45,810 nucleotides of DNA. Source: Clostridia bacterium. GTDB taxonomy: Bacteria; Bacillota; Clostridia; DUPQ01. Under the pieces are notes generated by a model. The model had not been told where the DNA came from. It saw only the letters and a program-made list of their open reading frames with translations, and did no database searches. Where the stretch lies: contig JAWOIG010000225.1 of assembly GCA_046484775.1 (NCBI GenBank), positions 1-45,810 of the forward strand, given 5' to 3'. Positions 40,318 through 45,810 of the stretch are shown here, one piece after another. How positions within the stretch are numbered: position 1 is the first letter of the stretch; the number at the start of each line of letters is the position of its first letter. Made by a program: the position numbers and the translations under genes.

Positions 40318-42333
40318 ATGGATAAAAAGCATGATTCATATTTCACACCCGGACGCACCGCAAGCTGGTGGTGCACACTGGAAGACATCCTGTGGCCGGA
40401 AAAAAAGATAGTTGAAAAAATCAAATATTCCGCGGAGCTATTTTCGAAGGCGCGTATCGAAACGGCGATAAATTTCGGTTTTCATGTGCGGTTTGATTTT
40501 TCAAATTATTTCAGCCAGCTGCATGGATATTATGCGGCGGTCTGCGATGAGCTTCACAAATACGGGATAAAGTTCATGGACCATTATTCATGCAACCATG
40601 TCCAAAGACCCCGGGACATGGACGAATTCAAAAAAGTGCACCGTAACCACCGTCACCACATACTTCTTTTCCATGATCCGCAGGCATCCGCCCATGCACA
40701 GTACGAAGGGCATTTCTTCAACGACCTGTGCGAAATAGATATAAGGGACGGAAGCAGAGGTTATTCAAAATCCTATCAGCTTGAGGTCTTCTGCCACAAC
40801 AACCCCGGATTTCTTGATATGCATATGAAATACCTTGCCAGGCTTCTGAGGGATGTGCCGCTTGACGGAATTGAAGTCGACGACATGTGCGACTATGCCG
40901 GCCTTGCAACCTGCGGCTGCGAATACTGCAGGGAAAGGCTTTCAAGGGACTATGGCAGCGAAATAGCTCCATTCGGCGATGAAAGCTTCTGGGGCGACAC
41001 CCGGTCCAAGGGAGAATATCACTGGGGTAATTATGACAACCCCGCTTTTCGAAATTGGTTGAGAATGAAATCGGATTCCGTTGCCGGTCATCTTGCGATG
41101 GTGAAGGATTCCGTGCGGGGAATTCCATTGATGACATGCTGTTCCAGTTCGGGTCCGATCATACTGAATTCACTTGCCCTGAATCTGGAAAAACTTTCAG
41201 ACAGCCTTGATTTCTTCATGCTTGAAAACTGCGGAATCAATACCGGAGGCGTCGACTGGGTCCGCATGGATCCGGAGGCTCTTCAGCAAAAGGATATAGC
41301 TGAAAAGAGAGGCAATGCTCCTGCGATGGCCATAAGCTATTCCATATACGGCGATGGCGCATATCTTGGATGGGCTCTTGCCCGTTTCTGGGGCGTATTC
41401 AACTGGAGCAGCACACTGAACCAAAGGCTTGAAAAAGATCCGGATGACGCCCATGAAATTCCCGAACTTATCGGCAAATACAACAACTGGGAAGCCGCAA
41501 ATTCCAATATTGACTTCACAAAATGCGGAGATATGGCCGAGGTACGCATTGCATCCAACGGATACTGCCGGGAAAACGGCTGGCGCGACACCGAAGGATT
41601 CGAACACTGGGACAAGGTCGTGAAATGGTCCGGCCGGCTTGTCGAAAAGAACATCGGCTACAGAATCGTGAGGGCGGATGAGCTTGCCGATGAAACAGCG
41701 TTGAGCGCAGCCGACACCCCCTTGGTGCTGGACGGTCTGGGCTGCCTGTCGGAACTCCAGTTCAACGCAATATCCACGTATTTGAAAAAAGGCGGAAAGG
41801 CATGGATTTCCCTGCCTTTTGGCACCCATGATGAAAAGGGATTCCTTCTTGACAAACCTTACTCGGATTATCTGGACAATAATAATTACGGAGGCCTTGA
41901 AATCATCGAAACCTCAACAGCCGGGAATCCCCTGGGGAAACTGTTGGATTCAGGTTCCTTTACTCCCATTGCCGAGCGTTTGTCCGGCGATTCCAGTTGG
42001 GCCCTGAGGCTTGGAAAATCGAGCGGCGGAAATCAAATCCATTTCCTTAACCGCGCCCTATCGGCGATTCCCCATCCATCGCTCCGGGATAGCTCAGGCC
42101 GGCCGATACTTGCAGGCATTGAATCGCAGTCCCGTGACAACAAGCTTGTATATCGTATTGATTCAGCCAGGTTTCCGATGCGCCGGCCGGAAATCCTTAG
42201 TCCGGAACTTGGGTCGGCTCGCCGTGACGTTCCGATTGCCGAATCAGGTCCATACGCATATGAATACACATTTGATCTGAGCGGCATCGGAATTTATGCA
42301 GTCGCTCAGGAAAAACCCGAAAAACAGGGATAA
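40318..42333 (+). CDS. hypothetical cytoplasmic protein with a GH42-like Cys cluster (possible TIM-barrel glycosidase-like fold)
   Basis: Long clean ORF. The ATG at 40318 follows GGGGGA, with a TATAAT at 40270-40275. FCHNNP plus CGCEYC, 40 residues apart, resembles the GH42 zinc site (CPNSP...CxCxxC). There is no signal peptide. Confidence 0.7.
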   Translation: MDKKHDSYFTPGRTASWWCTLEDILWPEKKIVEKIKYSAELFSKARIETAINFGFHVRFDFSNYFSQLHGYYAAVCDELHKYGIKFMDHYSCNHVQRPRDMDEFKKVHRNHRHHILLFHDPQASAHAQYEGHFFNDLCEIDIRDGSRGYSKSYQLEVFCHNNPGFLDMHMKYLARLLRDVPLDGIEVDDMCDYAGLATCGCEYCRERLSRDYGSEIAPFGDESFWGDTRSKGEYHWGNYDNPAFRNWLRMKSDSVAGHLAMVKDSVRGIPLMTCCSSSGPIILNSLALNLEKLSDSLDFFMLENCGINTGGVDWVRMDPEALQQKDIAEKRGNAPAMAISYSIYGDGAYLGWALARFWGVFNWSSTLNQRLEKDPDDAHEIPELIGKYNNWEAANSNIDFTKCGDMAEVRIASNGYCRENGWRDTEGFEHWDKVVKWSGRLVEKNIGYRIVRADELADETALSAADTPLVLDGLGCLSELQFNAISTYLKKGGKAWISLPFGTHDEKGFLLDKPYSDYLDNNNYGGLEIIETSTAGNPLGKLLDSGSFTPIAERLSGDSSWALRLGKSSGGNQIHFLNRALSAIPHPSLRDSSGRPILAGIESQSRDNKLVYRIDSARFPMRRPEILSPELGSARRDVPIAESGPYAYEYTFDLSGIGIYAVAQEKPEKQG

Positions 42334-42370
42334 CCCCGGAAGCGTTCCACTCTTTCCTCCGGGTTATCCC
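42327..42370. terminator. long hairpin between convergent genes (possible bidirectional terminator)
   Basis: GGGATAACCCCGGA-N17-TCCGGGTTATCCC is a 13-bp stem with one bulge. It includes the stop codon of the plus-strand gene. Confidence 0.6.
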
Positions 42371-42393
42371 TTAATAAGATATTCTTATGAAAT

Positions 42394-44163
42394 TCATTCC
42401 ACCGTAACGCTCTTCGCCAAATTCCTTGGTTTGTCGACATCGCATCCCTTGAGTGCTGCACAGTAGTATGCAAAAAGCTGCATTGGAGTGATAGCCGTAA
42501 GCGGCGAGAACAATGGATCCACATCGGGTATCTCCACAACCATATCCGTGAGTCTTTCCGCTTGTTCCCTGAATGATGATGTCGTTATGACAAGAACCCT
42601 TGCACCCCTGGCCTGCACTTCCCTCATGTTTCCTTCCATCTTTTGGAAAATATGCGGCTGGGTCATGCAGCAAATGACCGGCGTACCTTCCTCTATCAAC
42701 GCTATCGTTCCATGCTTGAGCTCGCCCCCGGCATAAGCTTCCGAATGTATGTATGATATTTCCTTGAGCTTCAGCGAGCCTTCCATCGAGAGCGCATAGT
42801 CAAGTCCCCTTCCTATGAAGAATATGCTCTTGCTGCCGTACAATTCAGATGCGAAACGGGACACCTTTTCTTTTTGGGACAGTATTGCATCTATCATTCC
42901 GGGTATCCGCACAAGCTCCTCCGACCGCATCAGGTCTCCCGCAAGCTTTTTTGCCAGCATGAATACGGCTGCAAGCTGGGTTGAGTAGGCTTTTGTGGAT
43001 GCCACAGCGATTTCGGGACCTGCCCTTGTATAAAAAACCTCGTCCGCTTCCCGGGCAATTGAACTTCCGACTACATTTACGATGGCAAGTGTCCGGGACT
43101 TCATCTCCTTCGCCTTTCTCATGGCAAAAAGGGTATCGATGGTTTCCCCGGACTGCGAGATTATAATCGTCAGGTCCCCCGGTCTTACAATGGATTTCCT
43201 GTATCTGAATTCGCTTGCATAATTTACCTCCACAGGTATTCCCGAAGTTTCCTCGATGACATACTTCCCTACAACCCCTGCATGGTAAGCGGTTCCGCAG
43301 GCAATTATATGAATCCTGTCGGGCTTGTCAATTTCTATCTCGTCAAACTGGCTGTTGGCGAGAGTCCTTCGTATTGCATCGGGCTCCTCATGGATTTCCT
43401 TCAGCATAAAATGCTCATAACCTTCTTTTTCAGCTGAGCCCACATCCCAATCCACATGAATCGCCTTCTTTTTTATTTCCATTCCCATTGAATTATAGAA
43501 CTCGATGGATTCCCTTCCGATGCAGGCGGTCTCGCCGTCCTCGGCGATGAATATATCCCTTGTATATTCAAGTATCGCCGGTATATCCGATGCTATATAG
43601 CATCCGGACCCCGTCTGCCCGATCACCAGCGGGCTGTCCTTCCTTGCGGAATAGATCTTTTCCGGGGTTCCCGAATAGACGACCCCGAGGGCATATGAGC
43701 CTTCAAGCTGATTCACGGTCTCCTGCAAAGCCCTGACCATATCTCCGTTGAAATTGAATTCGATAAGATGGGCTATCACCTCCGTGTCAGTCTGTGAAAC
43801 GAATTCATATCCGTTTTTAATCAGATTCTCCCTAATCCTTGAATAATTCTCGATGATTCCGTTGTGAACGACACAGAACTTCCCGGACCGGCTTATGTGG
43901 GGATGCGAGTTTATATCGCTTGGTTCGCCGTGCGTAGCCCACCTGGTATGGCCTATCCCTGTTCCGCATCCCCGGAATTTGCTTTCGTCCACCTTTTCCC
44001 TGAGATTCGCCAGCCTTCCCTTGCACTTAACAACCTGTATTTTATTGTCGCAGAGTATTGCGATGCCGGCGGAGTCATAACCACGGTACTCCAGCTTTTC
44101 TAGTCCCCTGAGTAAAACGGGCACCGCATCGAAACTGCCTGAGCAGCCGATAATTCCACACAT
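42394..44163 (-). CDS. glmS: glutamine--fructose-6-phosphate aminotransferase
   Basis: MCGIIG N-terminal nucleophile, two SIS domains and a C-terminal KPRNLAKSVTVE. Confidence 0.96.
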   Translation of the reverse strand: MCGIIGCSGSFDAVPVLLRGLEKLEYRGYDSAGIAILCDNKIQVVKCKGRLANLREKVDESKFRGCGTGIGHTRWATHGEPSDINSHPHISRSGKFCVVHNGIIENYSRIRENLIKNGYEFVSQTDTEVIAHLIEFNFNGDMVRALQETVNQLEGSYALGVVYSGTPEKIYSARKDSPLVIGQTGSGCYIASDIPAILEYTRDIFIAEDGETACIGRESIEFYNSMGMEIKKKAIHVDWDVGSAEKEGYEHFMLKEIHEEPDAIRRTLANSQFDEIEIDKPDRIHIIACGTAYHAGVVGKYVIEETSGIPVEVNYASEFRYRKSIVRPGDLTIIISQSGETIDTLFAMRKAKEMKSRTLAIVNVVGSSIAREADEVFYTRAGPEIAVASTKAYSTQLAAVFMLAKKLAGDLMRSEELVRIPGMIDAILSQKEKVSRFASELYGSKSIFFIGRGLDYALSMEGSLKLKEISYIHSEAYAGGELKHGTIALIEEGTPVICCMTQPHIFQKMEGNMREVQARGARVLVITTSSFREQAERLTDMVVEIPDVDPLFSPLTAITPMQLFAYYCAALKGCDVDKPRNLAKSVTVE

Positions 44164-44184
44164 ATCTTTTCTCCTATAATTTTA

Positions 44185-44352
44185 TTTTTAGGGAAATGAA
44201 TTTTGGAAACCACATGGCACAGCATTTGTTTTCCGGTCTCCCGGGAGTTTTGCCCTGTGCCTTTCGATTGTGGAACCGGAGGGCCATCCGCCGAATGCTT
44301 CGATAAACCCTCTCCTCGTCAACCGCCTGATACTGCGGTCCCGGCGCTTTTG
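44185..44352 (-). ncRNA. glmS ribozyme (GlcN6P-dependent self-cleaving leader)
   Basis: The minus strand reads A|GCGCCGGGACCGCAGUAUCAGGCGGUUGACGAGGAGAGGGUUUAUCGAAGCAUUCGGCGGAUGGCCCUCCGG. It matches the conserved AGCGCC, GACGAGGA, UUAUCGAA, UUCGGCGGAUG and CCUCC blocks. The predicted cleavage site lies between 44348 and 44347. Confidence 0.88.
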
Positions 44353-44370
44353 CTATGTTTTCCGGTCTTT

Positions 44371-45726
44371 CTATTCCTCCTCTCTGAACCTGCTTTCAAT
44401 CAGTTCAACCATTTCCCCTGCTTTCTTTCTGATATAATCCCCATCCCTTCCCTCGATCATTACCCTTACAACCGGTTCCGTTCCCGAAGGTCTTATAATC
44501 AAGCGACCTTCTCCATTCAATTCGCCCTCTATTGCGCCAATCATCGCCAGAATCAGGGAATCCTCCATGACCCCGGTCCCGCCGCTGTTTCCGATTCTTG
44601 CGTTTACGGTAATCTGGGGATACTCCTCCATGACATTCATTACGGACGAGGCAGATGCATTTCCTCCCGCGATTATTCCCGCAATCTTGATTGATGTCAG
44701 TATACCGTCCCCTGTGGTATTGCAGTCGCGCAGAATGACATGCCCCGACTGTTCCCCGCCAAGCGAGCAACCGCTCCTTTTCATTTCCTCGATCACATAC
44801 CTGTCGCCGACCTTTGTCCTAACGACCGCTATCCCATTCTCCGCCGCGAGTTTATCAAGTCCCATATTGCTCATTATGGTTATTACAATTGCATTATTGC
44901 TTAAAAGGTTCTTTCTCTTCAGGTCAAGGGCAAGCACTCCCAGCATCCGGTCGCCGTCAATTACGGATCCATCCTCCGCCACTGCAATAACCCTGTCCGC
45001 ATCCCCGTCATAGGCGAATCCGATGTCGTACCCGCCAGCCACAACCCGCCTGCTCAGTTTTCCGGGATGCGTCGAACCGCAATTCAGGTTAATGTTCAAT
45101 CCGTCGGGCGAGGCGTTGATTGCCGTTGTTTCCGCTCCGAGCCTCTTGAAAACTATCGGAGCAATACTGTATGCAGCCCCGTTTGCACAATCCAGCAATA
45201 CTTTCATTCCCTCAAGGCGCATTTCCGACTGCGAAACCAAAAATTCAAGGTAATCCTTCCTGTATCCGGTCTTTTTTATTATCCGCCCGATGTTCTCGCC
45301 TGTCTTGTGCGGCAGATTGACATCGGCAAAAACAAACTCCTCTATCCTGGCCTCTATTTCATCGGGTAGCTTGTATGCCTGGGAATCGAAGAACTTAATG
45401 CCATTGAATTCATATGAATTGTGGGAAGCCGATATCACTACCCCTGCATCGGCCTTGTATTTTGCAGTAATGTATGCTACCCCCGGTGTCGGTATTACTC
45501 CAAGGCTGATGACATCTGCCCCGACCGAGCAAAGCCCGGCATTGAGCGCACACTCAAGCATGTCGCATGATATCCTGGTGTCGGTACCTACCATTATTCT
45601 TGGTTTTCTGTTTAATTCGCCGGCAAGGACATAGGCGGCTGCCTGCCCCAGTTTGAATGCCAGATCGGAAGTCAGCTCCATATTGGCTATGCCCCTTACG
45701 CCATCAGTTCCGAATAGCTTCCTCAT
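44371..45726 (-). CDS. glmM: phosphoglucosamine mutase
   Basis: MRKLFGTDGVRG start, SASHNSYEFNGIK phosphoserine loop, DGDADR and GGEQSGH motifs. Confidence 0.96.
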   Translation of the reverse strand: MRKLFGTDGVRGIANMELTSDLAFKLGQAAAYVLAGELNRKPRIMVGTDTRISCDMLECALNAGLCSVGADVISLGVIPTPGVAYITAKYKADAGVVISASHNSYEFNGIKFFDSQAYKLPDEIEARIEEFVFADVNLPHKTGENIGRIIKKTGYRKDYLEFLVSQSEMRLEGMKVLLDCANGAAYSIAPIVFKRLGAETTAINASPDGLNINLNCGSTHPGKLSRRVVAGGYDIGFAYDGDADRVIAVAEDGSVIDGDRMLGVLALDLKRKNLLSNNAIVITIMSNMGLDKLAAENGIAVVRTKVGDRYVIEEMKRSGCSLGGEQSGHVILRDCNTTGDGILTSIKIAGIIAGGNASASSVMNVMEEYPQITVNARIGNSGGTGVMEDSLILAMIGAIEGELNGEGRLIIRPSGTEPVVRVMIEGRDGDYIRKKAGEMVELIESRFREEE

Positions 45727-45758
45727 TTGTATACCTCAATAAATATTCATCCGCAATA

Positions 45759-45787
45759 ATTATACATTTTAATTATGGATTCCGCAA
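45759..45787 (-). promoter_or_regulatory. sigma70-type promoter for glmM
   Basis: On the minus strand: TTGCGG, a 17-nt spacer, then TATAAT (with TG just upstream). It lies about 30 nt before the GAGG SD and the ATG at 45726. Confidence 0.5.
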
Positions 45788-45810
45788 CTTTGAGCCCATC
45801 CACAGCAGAG

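Noticed and set aside
41596-41605. GGATTCGAAC, a tRNA T-arm-like string
   Set aside because: It lies inside the well-supported plus-strand CDS (coding ...EGFEHW...). It has no flanking acceptor or anticodon stem complementarity.
45727-45810. Possible 3' end of another minus-strand gene entering from the right edge
   Set aside because: All three minus-strand frames hit stops within about 27 codons, and the region also holds the glmM promoter. It is too short to call anything.

Overview
This 45.8-kb chromosomal window reads like a Firmicutes/Clostridia-type genome. It has GGAGG-type ribosome-binding sites, an alanine T-box leader before alaS, and a glmS ribozyme before glmS. I support about 32 protein genes, mostly on the minus strand. 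They cover housekeeping (engB, purA, rpsU, HIT, alaS, glmS, glmM, a UvrD/PcrA-type helicase, a U32 peptidase), transport (two MATE, one AEC), c-di-GMP signalling (PAS-GGDEF-HD-GYP), glycan use (GH172/DUF2961, GH36, GH2, a GH42-like orphan) and small redox proteins (two tandem ferredoxins). I saw no rRNA, tRNA, CRISPR-Cas, transposase, integrase or recognisable defence or toxin-antitoxin genes. Two real genes are absent from the ORF track because they are under 60 aa: rpsU at 7214-7390 and a 44-aa CPxCG protein at 39475-39609. Several track ORFs have wrong starts (alaS, LysR, the giant gene, AKR, U32 and others). The main candidate for something undescribed is a monocistronic 7.5-kb gene at 13121-20617. 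It encodes a roughly 2,500-aa lipobox-anchored protein with an acidic stalk, FN3-like modules, a proline/isoleucine-rich hydrophobic linker, and about 1,100 C-terminal residues I cannot assign, ending in an outer-membrane-beta-signal-like motif. The second oddity is a near-perfect 33-bp tandem array at 1-243, cut by the window edge and directly abutting a gene start. Smaller items are a LysR gene with no canonical start codon coupled to engB, a CYTH / zinc-ribbon / membrane-protein mini-operon, and a ferredoxin-ferredoxin-miniprotein operon divergent from the GH42-like orphan. All family assignments come from motif recognition by eye; no database search was run.
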